Assembly: GCA_044229975.1 (NCBI GenBank)
Contig: JBGARZ010000006.1
Span: 256,001 to 320,000 of the forward strand
Reading direction: 5' to 3'
Length of the DNA stretch: 64,000 nucleotides
DNA from: Polyangiales bacterium
GTDB lineage: Bacteria; Myxococcota_A; Polyangia; Polyangiales; Ga0077539
The translations under genes and the position numbers were made by a program. The notes below the pieces were generated by a model. It had not been told where the DNA came from. It did not search any database and worked only from the letters and a program-made list of their open reading frames with translations. Shown piece after piece: positions 26,830 to 35,530 of the stretch (within the stretch, counting starts at the first letter, position 1; the number at the start of each line of letters is the position of its first letter).

Positions 26830-27756
26830 TCACCAGTCGCCGCCACCGCCGCCGGCGTCACCGCCGCCGAAGTCGCCGCCACCGCCGTCCCAACCCGAGC
26901 TGCTGCCGCCCGCGTCGTAGTTGGAGCTGCTGTGGTCGGAGCCGCCGCTGTAGTCGGACCCGTGGTGCTCGTCGCGGTTGGCCATCGCCGACCCGAGCGC
27001 GTAGCCCGCGACGCCGCCGAGGCCCGCGCCGATGAGGCCCGCGCCGAGGCCGCTACCCTGCTGCGGCCCGTAGCCCGGTCCGTAGTTGGGACCATACCCG
27101 GGAGGGTATCCGCCGGGCTGGCCGTACGGGCCCGGGCCCTGCTGCGCGCGGTACGGGTCACCGCCGTACGCCCCACCCATCGCCTGCCGGTTGCGCATCG
27201 CGCGGAAGACCATCACCACGACGATCACACCACCGATGCCGAGGAGCATGAGGCCCCACGGGAAGGAGGGCGCCTCGCGGTTGGAGGTCGCGCCGACCGC
27301 GTCACGGTTGGTGATCTCGCCCGCGGCGGCAGAGCCCACCGCGCCGTTGGCGGAGGTGAAGATCGCCTCGACGCCGCTGCGCCACTGCCCCGCGCGAAAC
27401 CACTGGTCGCCCGCGTTTTCGATGGCGCTGAAGCGGTCGCGCGCGATGCGGGTGCCCGTGCCGAAGTGCACCGAGGTGAAGCGGTGCGTCGGGTCGACGC
27501 CGACGACGACCATGTTGGGCTCCGAGACCTGCGCGCCGACGTAGCGGTCGAGCGAGGCGCGGGAGGGCATCTCGCTGGTGACGACCACGCGCGCGTCGAA
27601 GGGCCACGCGCGGGCGGCGTCACGGAGACCCGCCTCGTCCTGCGCGGTGAGCATGTCGGAGGGGTCGCGGACCTGGAGGGTTCCGGCGGAGGCCGTGACG
27701 GGGATGAGCAGGGCGGCGAGCAGAGCGCCAGAGAGGAGCTTGGAGCGCGTCGTCAT
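26830..27756 (-). CDS. TPM-domain-like secreted/membrane protein with Gly-rich tail
   Basis: Signal peptide, 'VRDPSDMLT' start typical of TPM domains, TM helix, C-terminal 'GGGDFGGG...GGDW'. Confidence 0.6.
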   Translation of the reverse strand: MTTRSKLLSGALLAALLIPVTASAGTLQVRDPSDMLTAQDEAGLRDAARAWPFDARVVVTSEMPSRASLDRYVGAQVSEPNMVVVGVDPTHRFTSVHFGTGTRIARDRFSAIENAGDQWFRAGQWRSGVEAIFTSANGAVGSAAAGEITNRDAVGATSNREAPSFPWGLMLLGIGGVIVVVMVFRAMRNRQAMGGAYGGDPYRAQQGPGPYGQPGGYPPGYGPNYGPGYGPQQGSGLGAGLIGAGLGGVAGYALGSAMANRDEHHGSDYSGGSDHSSSNYDAGGSSSGWDGGGGDFGGGDAGGGGGDW

Positions 27757-27857
27757 GGGGAGACCTTCTCTTTCTCCTCGTCACACTGCGGCCGTCATCT
27801 GCGGCCAGTCCGGCGAGGCGGGAGAAGCTTGGGTCTCGTGTGTGGGGATGTCGAGGT

Positions 27858-28706
27858 CTACGGCGTCTGCGCGAGGTACGACTCCACGTCGCGTAGCGCG
27901 GCCTGCACCGCAGAGGTGATGAGCGTCGCCTCGGTGCGGCGCAGTGCCGCAGCGTCGTGGCCGTAGGGCGCGGGCAGCGAGGCGGCGCCGGTGACCATGC
28001 CGACGATGGCGTGCTGCGGCTCGGAGACGATGACGAGGTTGACCTCGGCGCGCAGGCGCTCACCGTCGGGGGCGGGCACGCGACGAACGGTCTGGAGGCC
28101 GCCGTCGAGGGAGAACTGGCGGAGCGAACCGCTGCGCAGGCGGCGCTGGGCGGCGGGGGGCAGGAGGCCGGGGTGCAGCGCGACGGTGCCGCGGTTGCGG
28201 AGCGCGCTACGGACGGCGTCGCGGAGCAGGTCGACGCGGGCGGCGTCGGAGCCCTCGCGGTCGGCGAGCTCGCCGGGGCGGACGAGGAAGCGGACAGCGG
28301 CGAGGTCGACGGGCTGCGGGGCTTCGAAGGTGGCGCTGGCGGAGGGTGTTCCGAGGCGGGCGAGGGCGCGGGTGACGGCGTCGCGGACGTTGTCGTTGGG
28401 GTCTTGCAGGTGGGCCTGGAGGGCGGCGATGGAGCCGGCGTCGCGGAGATCGGCGAGTGACGCGGCGGCGGCGGCGCGGACGACGGCGGCGGGGTCGGAG
28501 AGCGCGTCACGCAGGGCGGCGGGCGCGTCGGCGCTGGGCAGGCGAGCCAGGGAGAGGGCGGCCTGCGCGCGGGTACGGGCATCGGGCGCGCTGCGGAGCA
28601 TCTGGACGACCGGCGAGGCGGCGGCAGAGCGCTGCGCGGAGGCGGTGGATGCTGCGAGGAGGAGGGAGGCGGCGAGCGAACAGATCCACCGGGCTTTTGA
28701 GCGCAT
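27858..28706 (-). CDS. Secreted HEAT-repeat protein
   Basis: Signal peptide; 'RTRAQAALSLA', 'VVRAAAAASLA', 'VRDAVTRALA' repeats. Confidence 0.75.
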   Translation of the reverse strand: MRSKARWICSLAASLLLAASTASAQRSAAASPVVQMLRSAPDARTRAQAALSLARLPSADAPAALRDALSDPAAVVRAAAAASLADLRDAGSIAALQAHLQDPNDNVRDAVTRALARLGTPSASATFEAPQPVDLAAVRFLVRPGELADREGSDAARVDLLRDAVRSALRNRGTVALHPGLLPPAAQRRLRSGSLRQFSLDGGLQTVRRVPAPDGERLRAEVNLVIVSEPQHAIVGMVTGAASLPAPYGHDAAALRRTEATLITSAVQAALRDVESYLAQTP

Positions 28707-28919
28707 GAAGGGCCTCCCTAACAGCGTAGGCAAAGGGTCACCGAAGGTGTTCGCGTGTGCCTTTAGGAGAAAGGGCGACTGCGCGAAGAACCAGGGAACG
28801 CCACCATCACACGATACGAGACCGCTGTCACGTTACCGAACACGGAAAAATGAGGTGATTATTGCACCTACACCGCCCCGGATGTGCCGCTCGGTCGGTT
28901 GTCGGTAATGAATTGGACT

Positions 28920-31900
28920 TTATCCGTGAAGGAGCTTTTCGAGCATCGGGAGGAGGACGCGCTCGAAGGCGGGGCCCTGCGGTGTCGGTTGAGGCGGCGG
29001 CGGCGGCGCGTAGACCTCGACAGGTGGTGGTGGCGGAGCGGTGTAGACCTCGGGCGGCGGCTGCGGCGCTGCGGCGGGCGCGCTGCTCTGGGCGAAGGGG
29101 TCGCCGCTGGCATCGACGACCCAGTCACCCGAGACGCGCGTGAAGGGGTCACCGGGTGACGGCGCGATCGCGACGGGTTGTGGATTGAACTGAAGCGCGG
29201 GCGGTGGTGGTGCGACCGCGATGGGTTGTGGGTTGAACTGAAGCGCGGGCGGTGGTGGTGCGACCGCGACGGGTTGTGGATTGAACTGGAGCGCGGGCGG
29301 TGGTGGTGCGATCGCGATGGGTTGTGGGTTGAACTGGAGCGCGGGCGGCGGCGGCGCGACCGCGACGGGTTGTGGATTGAACTGAAGCGCGGGCGGCGGC
29401 GGCGCGACCGCGACGGGTTGTGGGTTGAACTGAAGCGCGGAGACGGCCGGAGGCGGCGCCACGTACTCGGGTGGCGGCTCCGGGGTGATCGGCGTGAACG
29501 ACGGCGTGACGGCCGCGGGCGGCGCGGGCGCAGGCATGGACGGGGGGACGCCCGTCGCGATGCGCTGGCGCGGCAGCGTGGGGAGCGACGGCAACGACGG
29601 CCGCGGGCGGGCGGGCGGCGGGACGGAGGGCGTCGGCGCGGGCGGCGGGTTGGTCGGGGGAGCGGCGACGGGCGCGGCGACGGACGCGGCGGGCTTGAGG
29701 GTGGGCGTCGGCGCGGGCGGCTCGGTCTGCGTGGGCGTCGACGAGGTGGGCTCTCCGAAGAGGCTCTCATCGATGATCATGGAGTCTTCGTCGGCGGAGG
29801 GCGGATCGGTCGGCGGTGGCGCGACCACGATCGGTGGCGGCGGTGCCTTGAGCTCCGCGGTGACGGAGCCGACCTCGGGCAGCGCGACACCATCGAGCGG
29901 GGTTCGCTCTTCGGACTCCGCCGGCGGGGTTGGTTGTTTCGGTGCGGGCTCGGGCTCGGCGAAGGTGCTGATCGACGCGGTGGGCTCGGGCTCGGGCTCT
30001 GGTTGGGCGAAGGTGCTGATGGAGGCCGTGGATTCAGGTTCGGCGGACAGCTCTTCGATGGCGTCATCGGACAACTCGTCGATGACCTCCGCGGTGTGCT
30101 GTGCGGAGGCGGCGAGGGTCGTCGGTTCGGGGGGCGGCGTGGTCGGGCTCGCGTCCACCTCTGCTTCCGTCTCTGCCGCTCCCGTGTCTGTTTCCGCTAC
30201 CGCTACCGCTTCCGTCTCCGCGGGCGCGGGGTCTGCCGTCGGGGGTTCGGTGATCACCGCCGCGGCGGGCTCGTCGACGACCTGTCGCTCGATGGTCACG
30301 GCTCTGGTCTGCTCCTCGTCGGCGTCTCGTTCGATGGCGATGGCCTTGGTGGGCTCGTCGATGACGTCCGTCTCGACGGTGACGATCCCGGTGGGTTCGT
30401 CCCGGTCCATGGGCTCCGCTGCGGGCGTCTCTGGCGCTGGCTCCGCGACCGGCGGCAGCACCGCCGTCACCGGCTCCGACGCCGGCGCTTCGGCCTTCGC
30501 CTCGGCCCTCCTGGCGACCTCGGCCAGCAGCTCCTCGAACATCACCGGCGCCGTCCCCGGATCATCCAGCGTCGCGACCAGGCCCTTCATCGCGTCGTCG
30601 TCGGGGCTGAACCGCAGCGCCCGCTCGGCGAGCTGCCGCGCCTGCTCCTTGCGACCCAGCTCGAACGACAACTGCGCCGCCCGGCCATAGAACTCCCCGG
30701 CGCGCCGCCCCGGCGCCACCGGGTGATCGGCGTACGCCACCAGCGTCGTGAGCTGCGCCTCGCGGTCTCCCATCGCGCCCAGCACCCGCGCCTCGGCCTC
30801 CCACGCGAGGGCGCTCGTCGGGTCGATGCTGCGCGCGTTGCGCCACGCCTCGACGCTGCTCTCCAGATCACCGATGCGCTCCAGGTGCTCGGCGAGCTGG
30901 CTCCACCGCGACGCCGCGTGCGTCGGGCCCGCGCGCTCGATGAGGGCGTACAGCATCGCCGTCACGCCGATGTCGTCGCCCGCGCGCCGCCGCGCCTCCG
31001 TCAGCGCGCGCCCCACGTCGTCGTCCGGGTGCTGAACCCACAGCCGCTCCAGCACCTCCGTCTCGCGCGCCACGTCGGGCCGGTGTTCCCGTCGCACCTG
31101 CACCCAGCGCATCCACAGTCGCCGCGACTCCGACGGGTCGTCCTCCGCCTCGGCCTGCGTCGCGAGGCGCTCCAGCACCTGGTCCCAGTCCTCCACCCGG
31201 GTCATCAATCGCAGCAGCGCGGCCTGCGCCTCGGCGCGCCCCTCCGCGGTCTCCGCCACGCGCTCCAGCGACTCCCACGCCGTGCGCGCGTCGGCCACGT
31301 CGTCGAAGCGCCGCTCGGCGAGCTGGGCCACCTCGCGCAGCCAACGAACCCGCGACGCCGCCTCGACGCCGTCGACCTTCGCGGCCGCGCGCAGCCGATC
31401 GCGCAGCTCGCCCAGCAACCCCTGGAGTCGACAGTCACGCTCGATCTCGGCCAGTGCCTCGGCCTCCGCGGGAGACTCGTCGAGCAGCGATCGCAACGCC
31501 GCCAGGTGCTGCGGCTTCTGTCCGCTCTGCTTCCACGCCTGCGCGCGTCGACGCAACACCGCCAGCCGCGCGTCGTCCTCCGCGGGCATCGGCAGTCGGT
31601 CGAGCAGCTTCGCCAGGTCGAGGTGCCGACCGAGCTTCTCGTAGAGCTTCGCGAGCGACTGCGCCGCCTGCGGATCATCGTCGGCCGCCGCCGAGAGAAC
31701 CGTCACCGCGTCCTCGGGTCGGTGCGTGGCGACGTAGGCGTCCGCGAGGTCGCGCCGCACCCGCTGACCGCGCGCGCCCTTCGGGTCGGCCGCGAGAAAC
31801 TGGATGCGCAGCGTGGTGAGGTCGGCCTGCTTGAGCGATCCGCTCTCCTCCAGCACCTCGAACGCGCTCACCTCACCCGGCCACAGCGACAGCGCCGCCT

Positions 31901-32564
31901 GCGCGAACTCCACCGCGCGCCCCGTCGCTCCCTCCTTCGCCACGAGGCCCAGCAGCGCCGCCGCCTCCCGCTGGTCGGGGTCGACCTCACCTTCCGCCAA
32001 TGGGGTCGTCGCTCGACGCTTGCGTGACCGCTCGACCAACAGCCTTGCCAGCGATCGCCGGTTGGACGTCGCGGCTGCGCCGCTGCCCTGGTGCGTGGCG
32101 AGCTCGCGGCGCACCTCGATCTCCTTGTCGGGCATCTCGCGCTCGGCGCAGAGACCGGCCATGGCCTCCAGCACCGGGACCTTCTTCGCGGGCGAAATGG
32201 CCTTGTCCAACAGGCGCTTGTAGACGGCCTCGGCCTGCTCGCCGCGGTGCGTGCGGCGAAACACCGTCGCCGTCCCCAGCAGCGCGCCGTCGTGATGGGG
32301 CTGGGCTTCGAGGACCTGGTTCCAGAGCTTGAGGGCCTTGGGGTCGTCGCCGACCTTACTTGACCACGTAAGCGCCGCGCGGTGCAGCAGCTCGACGGAG
32401 CTTTCGGGAGTGCGTCGTCGGCCGGCGACCTTTTCGAGGAGCATGGCGAGCACCTCGTGTTCGCCGCGGCCGTCGAGCTCGCGGCAGAGGGTCTCCACGG
32501 CCTCGCGGTCTTCAGGGTCGCGGTCGAGGCGCTGAACGAGCGGAATCAGGGATGGGTCGAGCAT
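28920..32564 (-). CDS. Large TPR-like protein with acidic/Pro-rich C-terminal half
   Basis: 1214-aa ORF; ~670 aa of helical repeats, then a low-complexity linker and tandem repeats. Confidence 0.75.
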   Translation of the reverse strand: MLDPSLIPLVQRLDRDPEDREAVETLCRELDGRGEHEVLAMLLEKVAGRRRTPESSVELLHRAALTWSSKVGDDPKALKLWNQVLEAQPHHDGALLGTATVFRRTHRGEQAEAVYKRLLDKAISPAKKVPVLEAMAGLCAEREMPDKEIEVRRELATHQGSGAAATSNRRSLARLLVERSRKRRATTPLAEGEVDPDQREAAALLGLVAKEGATGRAVEFAQAALSLWPGEVSAFEVLEESGSLKQADLTTLRIQFLAADPKGARGQRVRRDLADAYVATHRPEDAVTVLSAAADDDPQAAQSLAKLYEKLGRHLDLAKLLDRLPMPAEDDARLAVLRRRAQAWKQSGQKPQHLAALRSLLDESPAEAEALAEIERDCRLQGLLGELRDRLRAAAKVDGVEAASRVRWLREVAQLAERRFDDVADARTAWESLERVAETAEGRAEAQAALLRLMTRVEDWDQVLERLATQAEAEDDPSESRRLWMRWVQVRREHRPDVARETEVLERLWVQHPDDDVGRALTEARRRAGDDIGVTAMLYALIERAGPTHAASRWSQLAEHLERIGDLESSVEAWRNARSIDPTSALAWEAEARVLGAMGDREAQLTTLVAYADHPVAPGRRAGEFYGRAAQLSFELGRKEQARQLAERALRFSPDDDAMKGLVATLDDPGTAPVMFEELLAEVARRAEAKAEAPASEPVTAVLPPVAEPAPETPAAEPMDRDEPTGIVTVETDVIDEPTKAIAIERDADEEQTRAVTIERQVVDEPAAAVITEPPTADPAPAETEAVAVAETDTGAAETEAEVDASPTTPPPEPTTLAASAQHTAEVIDELSDDAIEELSAEPESTASISTFAQPEPEPEPTASISTFAEPEPAPKQPTPPAESEERTPLDGVALPEVGSVTAELKAPPPPIVVAPPPTDPPSADEDSMIIDESLFGEPTSSTPTQTEPPAPTPTLKPAASVAAPVAAPPTNPPPAPTPSVPPPARPRPSLPSLPTLPRQRIATGVPPSMPAPAPPAAVTPSFTPITPEPPPEYVAPPPAVSALQFNPQPVAVAPPPPALQFNPQPVAVAPPPPALQFNPQPIAIAPPPPALQFNPQPVAVAPPPPALQFNPQPIAVAPPPPALQFNPQPVAIAPSPGDPFTRVSGDWVVDASGDPFAQSSAPAAAPQPPPEVYTAPPPPPVEVYAPPPPPQPTPQGPAFERVLLPMLEKLLHG
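29161..29440 (-). repeat. Six tandem 48-bp coding repeats (ALQFNPQPVAVAPPPP)
   Basis: Direct read of DNA and protein. Confidence 0.9.
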
Positions 32565-32591
32565 GTACGGAGGTCCCGACCCGGGACGCTA

Positions 32592-33506
32592 TCACGGTGC
32601 CGCGGCGGGTCTTTCGGTCGGCGTGAGCGCTGCGGTCCAGGCGAGGGTTCGGGCGACGAAGTCCTCGGGTTCCTGGAGCATCGGGGTGTGGCCGATGGAG
32701 GGGAGCTCGGCGTAGGTGAAGTCCTCGCGGCGCTTCGCGACGGCGCGGGCGTTGCCGACGTTGACGAGGCGGTCGAGGGTTCCGTGGATGAGCAGCGTTG
32801 GGGCGCGCACGCAGCGGAGGTGTTCTTCGAAGCGGGAGCGCTTGAGGATGAGGAGCTGGAGGATGGAGCGCGCGGCGCCGAGGAAGGTCGCGTCGGTCCA
32901 CGGGAGGTCGCGCCGGTAGCGGTGGACGGCGCGGTGGGCGTCGAGGACGTCGTCGGGCATGGCCTTGGGGTCGAGGCCGCAGATCTTGAAGAAGTAGCGG
33001 ATGGAGGCGTCGGCTGAGGCGCGGCGCGCGACGTTGCGGAAGTAGAGCTCGCCCACGCCGGGGATCGCGTAGATGGTGAAGATGGTCCCGATGAGGCGGT
33101 CGATGGGCGCGCCGGGATAGGTGGGGAGCGCCGGGTTGACGAGCACGAGGCCGCGCACGAGCTCGGGGTGCTGGGCGGCGACGAGCAGCGAGACGAGGCC
33201 GCCCATGGAGTTGCCCACGAGCACGGCGGGTTCGCGGATGTGCTGGCGGAGCAGCGCGGCGAGGACGGAGACATAGCCGTCGAGCGTGGGCGGACGACCG
33301 GCGGGCGGAGAGCGACCGAAGCCGGGGAGGTCGACGGCGTAGACGTGGTGGTCGCGCGTGAGGGCGTGGGCGACGCGGAGCCAGTTCTCGACGGAGCCGC
33401 CGAGGCCGTGGACGAGGAGCATCGGCGGGCCGGAGCCGCCGTGGTCCACGAGGTGAAGCGGCCCGAAGACGTCGACGAGGGAGTTCATCGACGCGGGAGT
33501 GTACAC
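32592..33506 (-). CDS. Alpha/beta fold hydrolase
   Basis: 'HGLGGS', 'DLPGFG', 'GNSMGG', 'HGTLD', 'GHTP'. Confidence 0.9.
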   Translation of the reverse strand: MYTPASMNSLVDVFGPLHLVDHGGSGPPMLLVHGLGGSVENWLRVAHALTRDHHVYAVDLPGFGRSPPAGRPPTLDGYVSVLAALLRQHIREPAVLVGNSMGGLVSLLVAAQHPELVRGLVLVNPALPTYPGAPIDRLIGTIFTIYAIPGVGELYFRNVARRASADASIRYFFKICGLDPKAMPDDVLDAHRAVHRYRRDLPWTDATFLGAARSILQLLILKRSRFEEHLRCVRAPTLLIHGTLDRLVNVGNARAVAKRREDFTYAELPSIGHTPMLQEPEDFVARTLAWTAALTPTERPAAAP

Positions 33507-33513
33507 GCGAGCG

Positions 33514-34386
33514 TTAGAGGGAGACGGAGCCGAGCAGCGGGAGCGCGCCGATGCGGACGCTGGGGTCGACGCGGGTGAGGCCGTCGACGAGCCGCGGGAG
33601 CTGCATCGCGGGGAGAATCTGCGCGCCCGCGGACATCGGCGAGAGGAAGTTGTCCCAGTGCGACAGCAGGATCGCCCGCGGCGTGAACGCGCGCATCACG
33701 CGGTCGGTGAAGCGCGGAGTGGTGGTCCAGCCGGCGACGCACATGAGGAGGAGGTCGATGTTGCGGGGGGCGCGGGCGTCGAGGAGGTCGGCGCTGCCGA
33801 GGTGGTAGAGGGTCTTGTCGGCGACGCGCAGCTCGACGCCGAAGACGGCGCCGCAGCGGTAGCGGTGGGTGCGGAGCGGGAGCTGGTCGCAGTCGCTGAT
33901 GTCCCCGGGGAAGGGGATGCGGCCGAGCATGAAGGCCGAGTGAACGCTGGGGATGAAGCGGAGGGAGAAGGGCCCGACCTCGGCGCGATGGGGCTCTCCG
34001 CGCATGGCGGACTCGACGTCGACGACCTGCGAGCTGGCGACACCGGCCGACTGGCAGAGGGCGACGCAGGAGCGTGATCCGAAGACGCGGGCGCCGGTCG
34101 AGCGAGCGATGGCGGGGACATCGAGCACGTGGTCGAAGTGGGTGTGCCCGGCGACGATGGCGTCGGCGCGCGGGGCGTGGCGCGCGACGGCGGCGGGGTC
34201 GCTACGGAGGGGCGCGGCGAGCAGGCTCGGGATGGACGCGCGGGTGAGGTACGGGTCGATGAGCACGGTGGTGTTGTCGTGCTCGATGGAGAAGCCGGCG
34301 GTTCCGAGCCAGGTGACGCGGACGGGGCCGCGGCTGGTGGGGATGTCGAAGTCGGCGGGCTTGAAGTGCAGGTCGGTGGGGCGCAC
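33514..34386 (-). CDS. MBL-fold metallo-hydrolase (UlaG-like)
   Basis: 'WLGTAGF', 'IDPY', 'GHTHFDH', 'HWDNF'. Confidence 0.88.
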   Translation of the reverse strand: MRPTDLHFKPADFDIPTSRGPVRVTWLGTAGFSIEHDNTTVLIDPYLTRASIPSLLAAPLRSDPAAVARHAPRADAIVAGHTHFDHVLDVPAIARSTGARVFGSRSCVALCQSAGVASSQVVDVESAMRGEPHRAEVGPFSLRFIPSVHSAFMLGRIPFPGDISDCDQLPLRTHRYRCGAVFGVELRVADKTLYHLGSADLLDARAPRNIDLLLMCVAGWTTTPRFTDRVMRAFTPRAILLSHWDNFLSPMSAGAQILPAMQLPRLVDGLTRVDPSVRIGALPLLGSVSL

Positions 34387-34427
34387 GGCGGGGATCAGGG
34401 TCTCATCGGTGGCGGGGGGACGGGGGT

Positions 34428-34500
34428 GGGGACGGTTTCAGCTTTTCACGTTGTGACGAAGTTCGAGGGAGTGACAACGTGAAAAGCTGAAACCGTCCCC
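34428..34500. repeat. Perfect 27-bp inverted repeat with 19-nt spacer
   Basis: GGGGACGGTTTCAGCTTTTCACGTTGT (34428-34454) and its reverse complement (34474-34500), between divergent genes. Confidence 0.9.
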
Positions 34501-34529
34501 GGCCGTCACCTCTATGGCACGATGCCGCC

Positions 34530-35477
34530 ATGCTTCGACCTCTGGCCTTGGTGATGACGTTGGGCTTGCTGGGCTGTGGTTCGACGCCCGCCGCACCGAC
34601 GGACGCGTCGGTTCAGTCGGACACCTCGGACGCCGCTGGTCCGTGGCGTTGCGAGCGTCGTCGACCCACGCAACCCGCCGCGCCAGCGGTCTGCAACGGC
34701 GCCGCGGACCGCTGCTCCCGACGGCTCGACCAGGTGGTGTTTCCGACGACGCACAACGCGATGTCCAACCGCGAGGAGCGCTTCACCCTCCCCAACCAGG
34801 AACGCTCGCTTCAGCACCAGATGCAGGACGGCATCCGCGGCTTGATGCTCGACCTGCACATGTACGAGGGCGAGGCCAACCTCTGCCACGGCCCCTGCAC
34901 CATTGGCCATCGTCGGCTCGCCGAGGGGCTCTGCGACATCGGTCAGTTCATGGACTCGCACCCCGGCGAGGTGATGGTGCTCATCCTGGAGAGCTACATC
35001 GAAGGCCCCGCGCTGGAGGGTGCGATGCGCGAGGCCGGCCTGCTCGACGACGTTCACACGCAGGCGCGCGGCGCTCCGTGGCCGACGCTCGGCGCGATGG
35101 TGACCGCCAATCGCCGCCTCGTGGTGCTCGACGACAACGCCGACGCGGCCCTCCCGTGGGACCTCCCGGTGTGGTCGTTCGCGCAGGAGACTCCCTTCAG
35201 CGCCGAGACCCCGGCCGACCTCGACTGCCGCACCAACCGCGGCGACTCGGCCAACTCGCTCTTCATCTTCAACCACTTCCTCACGGCGCCCGCGGCGCTC
35301 CCGCGGCTCGCGGAGATGGTCAACCACAACCCCTTCCTCATCGATCGCGCGCGTCGCTGCTGGCGCGAGCGAGGTCGGCTGCCCAACTTCGTGACCGTCG
35401 ACTTCTACGAGACGGGTGACGTCCTCGCCGCGAGCGCGACGCTCAACGACGAGGCACTCAGCGATGGTGGGATGTAG
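34530..35477 (+). CDS. PI-PLC-like (PLC-like phosphodiesterase) lipoprotein
   Basis: Lipobox 'LLGC'; 'THNA', 'QMQDGIRGLMLD', 'LCHG', 'NHFL', 'PNFVTVDFY'. Confidence 0.8.
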   Translation: MLRPLALVMTLGLLGCGSTPAAPTDASVQSDTSDAAGPWRCERRRPTQPAAPAVCNGAADRCSRRLDQVVFPTTHNAMSNREERFTLPNQERSLQHQMQDGIRGLMLDLHMYEGEANLCHGPCTIGHRRLAEGLCDIGQFMDSHPGEVMVLILESYIEGPALEGAMREAGLLDDVHTQARGAPWPTLGAMVTANRRLVVLDDNADAALPWDLPVWSFAQETPFSAETPADLDCRTNRGDSANSLFIFNHFLTAPAALPRLAEMVNHNPFLIDRARRCWRERGRLPNFVTVDFYETGDVLAASATLNDEALSDGGM

Positions 35478-35490
35478 ACGGTGAGGAAGG

Positions 35491-35518
35491 CACCGGCGCC
35501 TTTGGATGGGCGCCGGTG
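35491..35518. terminator. Hairpin between convergent genes, possible bidirectional terminator
   Basis: caccggcgcc-N8-ggcgccggtg; no clear U-tract. Confidence 0.45.
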
Positions 35519-35530
35519 ATCGGGTGACGG

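Noticed and set aside
28707..28919. AT-richer intergenic region as a riboswitch or sRNA
   Set aside because: No recognisable conserved motif; a promoter region is a sufficient explanation
29161..29440. 48-bp periodic repeats as a CRISPR array
   Set aside because: No unique spacers; in-frame coding repeats
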